Below are positions 37,712 to 46,553 of a DNA stretch of 64,000 bases, piece after piece. The notes under the pieces were generated by a model. The model ran no database searches and had not been told where the DNA came from. It saw only the letters and a list, made by a program, of their open reading frames with translations. The translations under genes were made by a program, and so were the position numbers. The stretch is from a bacterium (lineage in GTDB: Bacteria > Patescibacteriota > Minisyncoccia > Phycocordibacterales > UBA5272), in assembly GCA_023267635.1 (NCBI GenBank), contig JAHFMX010000003.1:26139-90138 (forward strand). The letters are read 5' to 3'. Position 1 is the first letter of the stretch. The number at the start of each line of letters is the position of its first letter.

Positions 37712-39214
37712 ATGAATAACACTTCATCAAAGTTGTTCAATCGTGATGGGTATATACCTATAAAAGAATATGTTAATGATATCCAGTGTATGAAAAATAA
37801 TGGGACTTGGAAATTGCCCCTTAGAATTATAGATTATCTCCACTTCTCCTTCTTGGTTATTGTAGTAAAGTTTTCTTGGTTTGCAGAAGCTTTATATATT
37901 ATTAATCCTAGTAAAGTTGGACCAGCTTTTACAGTACTTTTGGCTTTCCTAAAAAAGAAGTCTATTTTTGATTCTTACGTAGAAGGAAACTTACATTTTC
38001 GTGGCTATTTTTCTTACTATTTAGAAAAAAAAGTAAAAATAAATAACCACGTACGCATTATGAGTGGGCAAGGGGTTTCAGAAGACAAGGCAATAGCTCT
38101 TTCAAAAGCGTTAGGAGAAATGATTGAGAGGGCAGTTTCGGGGATGTATGATTTGAATAAAAAAATAAAAATAATTTCACTAAATGATCTCACTAAAAAG
38201 TTTCCTGTGATATACCCACCAAAGTACCATCGTTTTCTTAATATTCAGAAAAATAAGTTTGCAGAACTGCACTATGATCCAGCAAAAGCTATTGCGTGGG
38301 TAGAGGGCAAAAACTTAATTACAAATATAAAGACGTATATACCTAGAACCATGACGAGTTGGTTTACCGAAGAGAGTGATCTTGAGGAGGTCTTTATTAA
38401 TGCAACAACCAACGGTGCAGCAGGATACTTTACGAAAGATGGAGCTGCTTTACGAGGATTGCTTGAGGTTGTACAACGAGATGCTTTTTTAGTGCATTGG
38501 CTTACAACATTTCCTCCACAGATTGTTGCACAAGAAACACTTCCAAAGGACCTACAAGAAAAGGTTAAAGAATTTGAACTCTTCGGGATCTCAATCTATA
38601 TCTTAAATGTTACCTCTATTCCAATACCTTCCATCTTTATTGCCGCTATAAATAAAGAAGCAGAAACGCCCCAAGTTGTCTTAACGGGTGCCTCAGCTCT
38701 TACCTTTGAAGAGGCTATACATAACTCTTTAAGAGAGATGGTTTTAGGTTTGGAAATGTTTTATTATGTTGGCACTAAAGCACAGCTAAAATATAAGGAT
38801 ATTGAACCAGAGCCATTTATTGCTGATATCGGAAAAATTACAAGACAGTTATATTGGCGAGGAAACAAAAGGGTAAAACAGTTCGAGTGGTTCCTGTCAG
38901 GGGATAAGGTTTCATACAATAGCTTGTGTGAACAAGATTTAATCTCTGAAAAAACAGATTCCTGTCAACTTGAAGTATGTCTTGAGGTGTTAAAAAAATT
39001 AGGAAGCTCTTATTATCCCACTGTGTACTACCCAAAGAATAAAATTCAAGATGAATTAGGGTTTTATGTAGCTCAAATATTTATACCAAAAGCTTTTCCT
39101 CTATACCTCTCAGAATATTACGGTACATTTGATAGTGACAGATTAGAAGAATTTGCAGTATCAAAGGAGAATTTTAACTGGAAACTTAATCCCCTACCTC
39201 ACATGTTTCCTTAG
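37712..39214 (+). CDS. YcaO-family cyclodehydratase
   Basis: KALGEMIER and TTNGAAG..GLLEVVQRDA ATP-binding motifs; Pro-rich C-terminus PLPHMFP. Confidence 0.9.
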   Translation: MNNTSSKLFNRDGYIPIKEYVNDIQCMKNNGTWKLPLRIIDYLHFSFLVIVVKFSWFAEALYIINPSKVGPAFTVLLAFLKKKSIFDSYVEGNLHFRGYFSYYLEKKVKINNHVRIMSGQGVSEDKAIALSKALGEMIERAVSGMYDLNKKIKIISLNDLTKKFPVIYPPKYHRFLNIQKNKFAELHYDPAKAIAWVEGKNLITNIKTYIPRTMTSWFTEESDLEEVFINATTNGAAGYFTKDGAALRGLLEVVQRDAFLVHWLTTFPPQIVAQETLPKDLQEKVKEFELFGISIYILNVTSIPIPSIFIAAINKEAETPQVVLTGASALTFEEAIHNSLREMVLGLEMFYYVGTKAQLKYKDIEPEPFIADIGKITRQLYWRGNKRVKQFEWFLSGDKVSYNSLCEQDLISEKTDSCQLEVCLEVLKKLGSSYYPTVYYPKNKIQDELGFYVAQIFIPKAFPLYLSEYYGTFDSDRLEEFAVSKENFNWKLNPLPHMFP

Positions 39215-39277
39215 TTCTGTGGATAACCTAATTCACAGGAGCTTTTTACTTCTTCGCGTGGTGTATACTGTAGATAT

Positions 39278-39511
39278 ATGTTTCAAAAAGTAAAAAAAAC
39301 ACCTCTGCTTTTCTTAGGTATTTTATTCACAGGAACTCTTAGTGTTATTAGTCTTGTGTCCAGTTATACTCGTACAAGTTATTCCAAGGATGATTCTTTT
39401 TTTATTGCTACTGCTAATGCTGATCTTGGAAATTGGTCCTGGGGCGGCGGCGGCGGCGGCGATGGCTGTGGAGGGTGCTCTGGGGCGGGAGGAGATAGCG
39501 CAGGTGGTTAA
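39278..39511 (+). CDS. Putative RiPP precursor (signal-like leader + Gly/Cys/Ser core)
   Basis: Directly after YcaO; own TATACT box; core DLGNWSWGGGGGGDGCGGCSGAGGDSAGG. Confidence 0.8.
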   Translation: MFQKVKKTPLLFLGILFTGTLSVISLVSSYTRTSYSKDDSFFIATANADLGNWSWGGGGGGDGCGGCSGAGGDSAGG

Positions 39512-39522
39512 TTTATAAAAAT

Positions 39523-40722
39523 ATGGAACCAATAAAAACAACAAGTAGTTCTTCTTATAAAAGAATAGGCACCATTGCCTTAAGTGTAATTGTTGTATTT
39601 TCTCTTTTATATATTTATATATATAATGCATCAAAAAATAAAACCCCTAAAAATGGAACTTCAAATGAAGAGCGTGTTAATGCTTATCGAATGAGTCTGC
39701 TTAGCAATGAGCCAGCCGCTCTTCAGGAAAATTTTGTAAAGGATGTTAAATTAGGGGTTAACGATATGTACACAAAATCAGATGTGTATTTTATCACACA
39801 TAGATTTTTTGATAATAATGGAAATATATATGAGATATATGATTTTATAGAACTTCACCCAGAACTTGCTTTCTTAAAAGAAGCCGAGACTATTTATCCA
39901 GGAGTCTTTGAAAAAATAAAAAACAGAACCCTCTCTTCTATTGCTACAGATTCTGGTTACTATGCTTATCTTGCATATGTAGAAATCTTAATGAAATATG
40001 GCTATACAGATATTGCAGCAGTCGGAACTGCTGCTGGTCAGTATGCTAAACTTGCTTATGTTACAACAGAAATAGCAAAAGAAATGCCTAAAAATGAAGG
40101 GGTTGAACGTTCAAAATACGCAAAAAGAAATATTAAAAAATCTGCAGATTTTTTAGTGTTTGCTACAAAAGATGTTGAAAGAATACTCAACGGAGAATTA
40201 ACTTCAAAGGATATCATCCCTCAAGATATTCTCGTGGGACTTAATCAATATGCTGCCGCGCTACGATATCGTGAAGCGCTCGGGTTTAAACATTTTTCAC
40301 CTAAAATGGTAGAGTCACTTAACAAAATTGGAGTTAAGGCATCTTCAATAAAAACACCAGAACAGATCTTTGCTTTCACAACAGAGTACTCTCATCGCTT
40401 TGTGCCTGAATTAAATCTATTTACGTCTCTCTTAAATGCTTCGACACTGGCCATTTTAGCATCAAGCACTCCTCAGGATATAAAAGTTGCCCTGTATCCT
40501 CTTCTTGATTTTGATACAAAGAATACTAGAAATGCTAATTTTTTAAAGATAGGAATTATTCCTAAAATATTAGACTCAAGATTTGAGAAAAAGCCTGATA
40601 ACATAGGGGAAACCGCAATGGATATTTATAGCAAAAGAAATACCTTAAGACTTGCAAACAAAGTCCCAGAATTCAAAGCCTGGCTCATGTTAAATGGGTG
40701 GGTTGAAGCTGATTTTAAGTAA
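39523..40722 (+). CDS. Membrane-anchored hypothetical protein, paralog A (copy 1)
   Basis: N-terminal TM helix; shares GVNDMYTKS, GNIYE, ELAFLKEAETIYP and C-terminus with the next gene. Confidence 0.8.
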   Translation: MEPIKTTSSSSYKRIGTIALSVIVVFSLLYIYIYNASKNKTPKNGTSNEERVNAYRMSLLSNEPAALQENFVKDVKLGVNDMYTKSDVYFITHRFFDNNGNIYEIYDFIELHPELAFLKEAETIYPGVFEKIKNRTLSSIATDSGYYAYLAYVEILMKYGYTDIAAVGTAAGQYAKLAYVTTEIAKEMPKNEGVERSKYAKRNIKKSADFLVFATKDVERILNGELTSKDIIPQDILVGLNQYAAALRYREALGFKHFSPKMVESLNKIGVKASSIKTPEQIFAFTTEYSHRFVPELNLFTSLLNASTLAILASSTPQDIKVALYPLLDFDTKNTRNANFLKIGIIPKILDSRFEKKPDNIGETAMDIYSKRNTLRLANKVPEFKAWLMLNGWVEADFK

Positions 40723-41869
40723 TTTCTTGAAAGCTAAACTACTAAAAAGTCTAAAAAAGAGGAAAAATGTAGCCCTCCTATGTCTAGCGGTATTGTTTCT
40801 TACGTCAGGGGTGCTTTTCTATGAGAAAGTTATTTTGTCACAAATTAGAGCAACAGAGTATCAAAACGCCATTCAGGAAAATCTTTTCCAAAATAACCCA
40901 CAATCACTTCAAGCTTTTTTTGTAAGAGACATTGCAAATGGTGTGAATGATATGTATACAAAATCAGTTGCGCATTTTCTTGTCCGTAGATATTTTAATA
41001 ACGGTGGAAATATTTACGAGGTATTTAATTATGTGGATAGCCACAAAGAATTAGCTTTCTTAAAAGAAGCCGAGACTATTTATCCTGAAATGTTTGAATT
41101 TGTGAAAAATAAACGATTACCTTTTACATATTCTGATCAAGGTATGTACGCTTCTCTTGCTTATTTTGAAATCTTAGAAAGAAATAATTATGCAGATATT
41201 TCAACACTCGGGACAGTTGCAAATCAGTATGCAAAAATGGCCTATTACAAAGAGCTTATTCTAGACAATCAGTCTAAAGGTAAAGATCTAGATTACCCAA
41301 AATATAGTAAAAGCCAAGTTCAAAACGACACCAATAAAGCTATTCTTTTTATAAAAAAATCTCAAGGAACCATCACAAAAATTGTTGAAGAAAAATTAAC
41401 CGCAAAAGACATTCCTAGTTTTAATATCTTGATTGGTGCCGTGGAGTATGCTTCTGCTTTAAGATATTTTCAAGCCCTAAATGTTGATTTCTCTTCAGTA
41501 ATTTCATCAGAAAAAGTTTTCGTCTTCGCAGTATCGTATTCGTATCACTTTCTCCCAGAGGCTTATTTATCTACGTCTCTTACAAATGCTGCGACTCTCC
41601 TTTTGATTGAATCAACTAACAGCAATCAGCTACGATCTGCAATCTACCCCTTTCTTGACCTTAGTTCAAAGGTAAATAAAAAAACAGGAAGTATTTTAGA
41701 TAAGGTTTTGAAAGCAAAATTTAAAGAATCTGTATCAAGATTTGAAGATTTGAATATATATAGCACTATTAATATAGTAAAAATTGCAAACATAGTCCCA
41801 GAATTCAAAGCCTGGCTTATGTTAAATGGATGGGTTGAAGCTGATTTTAAGTAATTTCTTGAAAGCTAA
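40652..41869 (+). repeat. 86-bp direct repeat at the 3' ends of paralogs A and B (40652-40737, 41784-41869)
   Basis: Near-identical (3 mismatches seen); extends past the stop codons. Confidence 0.85.
40694..41854 (+). CDS. Membrane-anchored hypothetical protein, paralog B (copy 1)
   Basis: Paralog of 39523; start uncertain. Confidence 0.8.
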   Translation: MGGLKLILSNFLKAKLLKSLKKRKNVALLCLAVLFLTSGVLFYEKVILSQIRATEYQNAIQENLFQNNPQSLQAFFVRDIANGVNDMYTKSVAHFLVRRYFNNGGNIYEVFNYVDSHKELAFLKEAETIYPEMFEFVKNKRLPFTYSDQGMYASLAYFEILERNNYADISTLGTVANQYAKMAYYKELILDNQSKGKDLDYPKYSKSQVQNDTNKAILFIKKSQGTITKIVEEKLTAKDIPSFNILIGAVEYASALRYFQALNVDFSSVISSEKVFVFAVSYSYHFLPEAYLSTSLTNAATLLLIESTNSNQLRSAIYPFLDLSSKVNKKTGSILDKVLKAKFKESVSRFEDLNIYSTINIVKIANIVPEFKAWLMLNGWVEADFK

Positions 41870-42547
41870 CTAACTATTTTTAATAGTTATTCTTGGAATT
41901 GTTATACCATTTGAGAGTGAAAGTATGAGCTCTATTGTGTCAACAGTTCTTTCAACGTACATAATCTCAAGAGCTTCCTTTCTTAGGGTATCTTTTGTAT
42001 ATAATTTTCTATTTACCTTCTCGTAAAGTATTTCAGTTACTGGTATTGAGTCCTTTTTTAGATTTTTTGTTAAAAATCTACTAAACGAAGTTACTGTACC
42101 ATTGCTTAAACTATTTATTAGTCCTGTATTTTTTGAACGAAAATCACTATACAAATTCATGTTAATAATTAATCCACCTGCCTGCTTTTTCATTAAAGGT
42201 ATCACAGCTTTAGAAACAAGTATTGGCCCTAAAAGATTCATCTCTAGAAGTTTTTTTATTTCTTTTTCATTGCTATTTTCTAGTTTAGTATCAGCAACTA
42301 AATAACTACCGTTAATCAAACAATCAATTGATCCGTAGGTTTCCATGATTTTTTGCAGGACACTTTCTATGTTTAAGAGACTTGTTGTATCCATTGCAAT
42401 ACCCTCACACTTTACTCCTTGAGTAGTTTTTACACCCTGTTCCACAGGGTGAGGTGTACATATTATTACTCTATACTTAGAAGTAAGTCTTTTTGCTAAA
42501 GCTTTTGCAAGATCGTCTATGCCATTGATAATAAGTATAACCTTCAT
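41870..42547 (-). CDS. Degenerate SDR-family oxidoreductase (copy 1)
   Basis: YGSIDCLING, EMNLLGP and GGLIINM present; GxxxGxG and YxxxK absent. Confidence 0.75.
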   Translation of the reverse strand: MKVILIINGIDDLAKALAKRLTSKYRVIICTPHPVEQGVKTTQGVKCEGIAMDTTSLLNIESVLQKIMETYGSIDCLINGSYLVADTKLENSNEKEIKKLLEMNLLGPILVSKAVIPLMKKQAGGLIINMNLYSDFRSKNTGLINSLSNGTVTSFSRFLTKNLKKDSIPVTEILYEKVNRKLYTKDTLRKEALEIMYVERTVDTIELILSLSNGITIPRITIKNS

Positions 42548-42852
42548 ATTCAATAGTTTACCATATTGAGATGGCAATAAATAAAATCTTCACAGCAAGC
42601 TGACGAGATGTCATGTGTCGTTGGCAGGGGATCAATATCCAAATCCCCGATCTGTTTATGGTCGACAGACATCCGGGGGGGGGTATTTGTTACACAGTGA
42701 GTTGTATTGGAGTTAGACTATAAAAAAATGGATTAAAAATCAAATAAACCTTGTAAGGCTTTGATTAAAGTAGTGTACTTTGAATACTGTTATTTTATGT
42801 TGATTAGTGTGTGGTATGTTAGTATGTAGAAGTAAGTTCTTTTAAATAGGAG

Positions 42853-44283
42853 ATGAAAATGCAAATGTTTACGCAAACTCAAGGCCTTGTCATATTAGCT
42901 GTATACGCTCTTATGCTTTACGCTGTCATCTGGTCTTTCTCAAGAGGATTCCGTTTCAGTAAGCTAAACTTTTTAGTAGCTGGGAGGGAAATAGGTAAAA
43001 TCCCAGCTGCTTTTTCAATCGCCGCCACATGGATTTGGGCACCCTCCCTTTTTGTGTCTTCGGAAAAAGCCTACACCCAAGGTTGGGTTGGTTTGTTTTG
43101 GTTCCTTGTGCCAAACATAAGTTGTTTGATCTTGTTTTCCTTTTTCGCTAAGAAAATCCGATCGTTGTTTCCAGATGGTTTTACGCTGTCTGGTTATATG
43201 AAAGAACGTTATTCCAAGCGAGTTCACTTTGTTTATTTGTTTGCTTTAACAGGTTTGGCTACTTGTTCTTTTGCTGTTCAACTGCTTGCTGGAGGACAAA
43301 TAATCTCAACAATAAGTGGTTTGCCTTATGTAACGGTAACAATCATCCTGGCCTTAATACCCGTTGGCTATTCGTTATATTCTGGACTTAGGGCTTCAAT
43401 CATTAGTGATTTTGTTCAAATGGTTGTGATTTTGCTTGTTGGACTAGGAGTGGTTTTGGGGGCTGTTTATGCAAGCGGTGGTATCGAAACGGTCTGGAAA
43501 GGCTTAAATGGAAAAACTGGCACGTATACAGATTTGTTTTCTGGCGATGGTTTGAATGTTTTTTACACGTTTGGCATACCAGTTACTATCGGTTTGTTGT
43601 CTGGGCCATTTGGAGATCAGAGCTTTTGGCAAAGAGCCTTTTCGATAAAAAGAAAAGTTGTACAACCTGCTTTTGTGATTGCCGCCTTTGTGTTTGGGGT
43701 TGTGCCGCTGACTCTTTCGGTGCTTGGTTTTATCGCTGCAGGGACAGGGATAAACATAAAAAATACATCCCAAGTGAATATGGAAGTGGTGGCAAATTTC
43801 CTCCCGGGATGGGTGATTGTTCCTTTTGTTTATTTGTTGCTTTCTGGTTTAGTGTCGACTCTTGACTCTAACCTGTCGGCAATATCAAGTCTTGCCGGAC
43901 ATGATATCCTTGAACGGAAGAAAGGGGACAGTGCCAACAGGAGAGACGTCCTAAGGTATTCAAAAGGCTCGATGTTGATTTTGGTCGTTGGTGGCATTGC
44001 CATTGCCAATATTCCAGGACTGACCATTCTCTACTTGTTTCTGTTTTATGGAACACTTAGGTCGTCGACATTGCTCCCGACAATTATTACCCTCCTGAAG
44101 AAAGATGTGAGTGAAGTTGGAATGTTCTGGGGCATAATCACATCTCTTTCCGTTGGACTTCCGATTTTTGCTTATGGGAATCTACATAAAGTTGTTCCAA
44201 TGGTTATCGGGGGTTCCTTGTTTACTGTTCTGGCCTCTGGGGTAATAGTTCTTGTGGTTAGTTTTGCTGTAAGAAAAAAATAG
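42853..44283 (+). CDS. Sodium:solute symporter family protein (copy 1)
   Basis: ~13 TM helices; FLVAGR, SIAATW, GLRASIISD, DQSFWQR and STLDS motifs. Confidence 0.88.
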   Translation: MKMQMFTQTQGLVILAVYALMLYAVIWSFSRGFRFSKLNFLVAGREIGKIPAAFSIAATWIWAPSLFVSSEKAYTQGWVGLFWFLVPNISCLILFSFFAKKIRSLFPDGFTLSGYMKERYSKRVHFVYLFALTGLATCSFAVQLLAGGQIISTISGLPYVTVTIILALIPVGYSLYSGLRASIISDFVQMVVILLVGLGVVLGAVYASGGIETVWKGLNGKTGTYTDLFSGDGLNVFYTFGIPVTIGLLSGPFGDQSFWQRAFSIKRKVVQPAFVIAAFVFGVVPLTLSVLGFIAAGTGINIKNTSQVNMEVVANFLPGWVIVPFVYLLLSGLVSTLDSNLSAISSLAGHDILERKKGDSANRRDVLRYSKGSMLILVVGGIAIANIPGLTILYLFLFYGTLRSSTLLPTIITLLKKDVSEVGMFWGIITSLSVGLPIFAYGNLHKVVPMVIGGSLFTVLASGVIVLVVSFAVRKK

Positions 44284-44303
44284 TAGGAGGTGTTTCCTTT
44301 AGT

Positions 44304-44336
44304 AAGGGGCGATATTTAATTTATATCGCCCTTTTT
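44304..44336 (+). terminator. Intrinsic terminator
   Basis: gggcgatat...atatcgcccttttt. Confidence 0.75.
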
Positions 44337-44360
44337 ATTTTTTTAAGTTATAATTAAAAA

Positions 44361-45053
44361 ATGAACATCCTAAAATTTTTTAGTAAAAGAAAAAAAGAAA
44401 AAGACTTCACCTACAAGTATTATTGTTTATTAGACATCAATACTAGCGGTTTATTAGTTATAAGAAAAAATTTTCAGTGCATGAATTTTCTTAAAGAATA
44501 TACACTAGACACCACTTTGGTTGGGCTTTTTTCCTCAAATTTTTTTGAGGAAAAGTTTTTCTCTAGGTTAGAAACTTCATCTGACTGTTACCGTTTTCGT
44601 TGGGATTCTAGTAAAAATCTATTTGTGAAAAATAAAAATATTACTAATTTATTACAGGAAAAATCTTTTCTTGCTAGTACGAAATATGATCTGTTGGAGG
44701 ATATTTCTTCACGGATAATCTCTTTTAGAGGTCGTGTAAAAAAAACTTTACCTTATCAAGAAACAATATATTTAACAAAAAAACATCAAGCAGAGAGATT
44801 TAAGGACAGAGGATATCCTGAGAGTGAATTGCTAGAATACCCCTATGTTTTACAATATGCTGATTTGAAAAAAATATCACTCAAACAAGCAGCAGATACG
44901 ATATTACTCAAATCAAGTATTGATGATGGAATGTTAGCAAAAACAGAGCTTTTACGACTCAAGTATTTTAATAAAGTAAGAGAATCCTCTTCTAAGGAAG
45001 AATTAGAAAATACGCACAAAGAATTTTTGTTAGATTTTAATATTAAAATATGA
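44361..45053 (+). CDS. Hypothetical protein (copy 1)
   Basis: 230 aa; ATGA overlap with the downstream PP-loop gene. Confidence 0.7.
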   Translation: MNILKFFSKRKKEKDFTYKYYCLLDINTSGLLVIRKNFQCMNFLKEYTLDTTLVGLFSSNFFEEKFFSRLETSSDCYRFRWDSSKNLFVKNKNITNLLQEKSFLASTKYDLLEDISSRIISFRGRVKKTLPYQETIYLTKKHQAERFKDRGYPESELLEYPYVLQYADLKKISLKQAADTILLKSSIDDGMLAKTELLRLKYFNKVRESSSKEELENTHKEFLLDFNIKI

Positions 45054-46144
45054 ATAAATTGTTGTATTATAAACCGCGGATAGTTAATGATGTCGAAAAT
45101 TATGATCTCCCAGGAATTAAAAAATTCTCTCATTTTTTCAAGATTTTCGCACATGACGTTGTTATTGTAGACAGAACAAAAACAATAAAAGTACCAGTTC
45201 ATACCAAAATTTTATTTCCAATACCAAAATTTAGGTTAATGTCTAAGACATACGAAGAAATTTGTAACGAAAGAGCGATAGAGTTGTTAAATAAAGCAGA
45301 CACAATGAAAGTAAGTCTATGTGTTTTCTACTCGGGAGGCATTGATTCTACACTGGTTATGGTTTCCTTGCTTAAAAATGCTACGGAAGAGCAAAAGAAA
45401 AATATAGTAGTATTACTCTCCGAGGAGTCAATTTCAGAAAATCCTAATTTTTACAAAGAGTACATACAAGGAAAACTTAAAGTGGAGTCGTCTGCAAATT
45501 TCCCGTATATAGTCGGGACAAATGCTCTACTTGTAACAGGGGAGCACAATGATCAATTATTTGGCTCTGATGCTGTTGGTAATCTTATGAGAATTTTTGG
45601 AGAAGAGATTATAAATAAACCCTATGATAGAAATTTATTTATAAAATTTTTCAATACTATTGAGAATGATATTGAAATGAATACTTTCTATGTAGATTTG
45701 TTTGAAAAATTGTGTGCTAATGCTCCAGTTCAAATAAAAACAAATTTTCAGTTTCTTTGGTGGATTAATTTTTCTTTGAAATGGCAAACTGTTTTTATGA
45801 GAGTTCTTGTGTTCACCGCTAATCGTAATGTATCAAAAATTACACCAGAATATATAAGTACAAATTATTTTACTTTTTACAATACTGAGGATTTTCAATT
45901 ATGGAGCATGAATAATTTAGATAAAAGAATAAAAAACACTTGGAGCAGTTATAAATGGGTATGTAAAGATATTATTTACGAATACACAAAGGATGCAGAT
46001 TATCGAGATAACAAAACAAAGGTTGGGTCATTAGCTAAAATAATGATTGGTAGCGGCTCTTACAATTTTATAGATGATGCTTATCATTTCTATAAAGAAT
46101 TACCTGTAGAAGAATATTATAACGAGGATAATGATTTTGTATAA
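45050..46144 (+). CDS. PP-loop (asparagine synthetase-like) adenine nucleotide alpha hydrolase (copy 1)
   Basis: FYSGGIDST and TGEHNDQLFG motifs; no glutaminase domain. Confidence 0.8.
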   Translation: MNKLLYYKPRIVNDVENYDLPGIKKFSHFFKIFAHDVVIVDRTKTIKVPVHTKILFPIPKFRLMSKTYEEICNERAIELLNKADTMKVSLCVFYSGGIDSTLVMVSLLKNATEEQKKNIVVLLSEESISENPNFYKEYIQGKLKVESSANFPYIVGTNALLVTGEHNDQLFGSDAVGNLMRIFGEEIINKPYDRNLFIKFFNTIENDIEMNTFYVDLFEKLCANAPVQIKTNFQFLWWINFSLKWQTVFMRVLVFTANRNVSKITPEYISTNYFTFYNTEDFQLWSMNNLDKRIKNTWSSYKWVCKDIIYEYTKDADYRDNKTKVGSLAKIMIGSGSYNFIDDAYHFYKELPVEEYYNEDNDFV

Positions 46145-46211
46145 ACTACTTTAAATTTTGGAATTTGTACTATATGTGATGTAAATCTTTTTAGGATAGA
46201 ATACGGCCACT

Positions 46212-46388
46212 ATGAAGCAGAAAATTAAGGCATTGTGGGTACTGTTAGCAGTTGTGGCGCTTGGCGTCTTTTTACTAAAGGCTAATCCATCTGCTGGATC
46301 TCTTGCAGATGGACGCCCGTCCGCCGTAGGCGGATTAGGGGGAGGGTTCGTTTTAGGTCTTGATTTAGCAGGTGGATCAGCACTCTAA
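46212..46388 (+). pseudogene. 5' fragment of secD with in-frame palindromic insert (copy 1)
   Basis: MKQKIKALWVL..LLK[ANPSAGSLADGRPSAVGGLGGG]FVLGLDLAGGSAL*; matches the start of secD at 48022. Confidence 0.85.
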
Positions 46389-46553
46389 CTAAATAACCAT
46401 TGATTTTCTGAAACGAAAAGCACGACACCGAAGGTGTTGTGCTTTTTAATTTATTGCGCGTAGCTTTTCTTTAGGTATTAACTGCTTGGGTGTTGATGTA
46501 TTGGTTAAAGTAGTGTACTCTCCTGTAAAGTACTAACTTTACAGGAGAGTACA

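Noticed and set aside
39500..39508. Chi site at the duplication junction
   Set aside because: GCAGGTGG differs from E. coli Chi by one base, Chi sequences are lineage-specific, and there is no RecBCD evidence here.
39430..39511. Lasso peptide (GGGGGGD ring closed by the PP-loop enzyme at 45050)
   Set aside because: No transglutaminase-like leader protease or RRE, no Thr at -2, and no bulky plug residues in the tail; YcaO/SagB explain the core better.
40652..41869. DGR template/variable repeat pair
   Set aside because: No reverse transcriptase in the window, and the mismatches (A/T, C/T, G/A) are not adenine-specific in either copy.
42598..42680. Hammerhead ribozyme or known riboswitch (TPP, guanidine, SAM)
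   Set aside because: CTGACGA is present but has no matching GAAA core, and consensus motifs of the known classes are absent.
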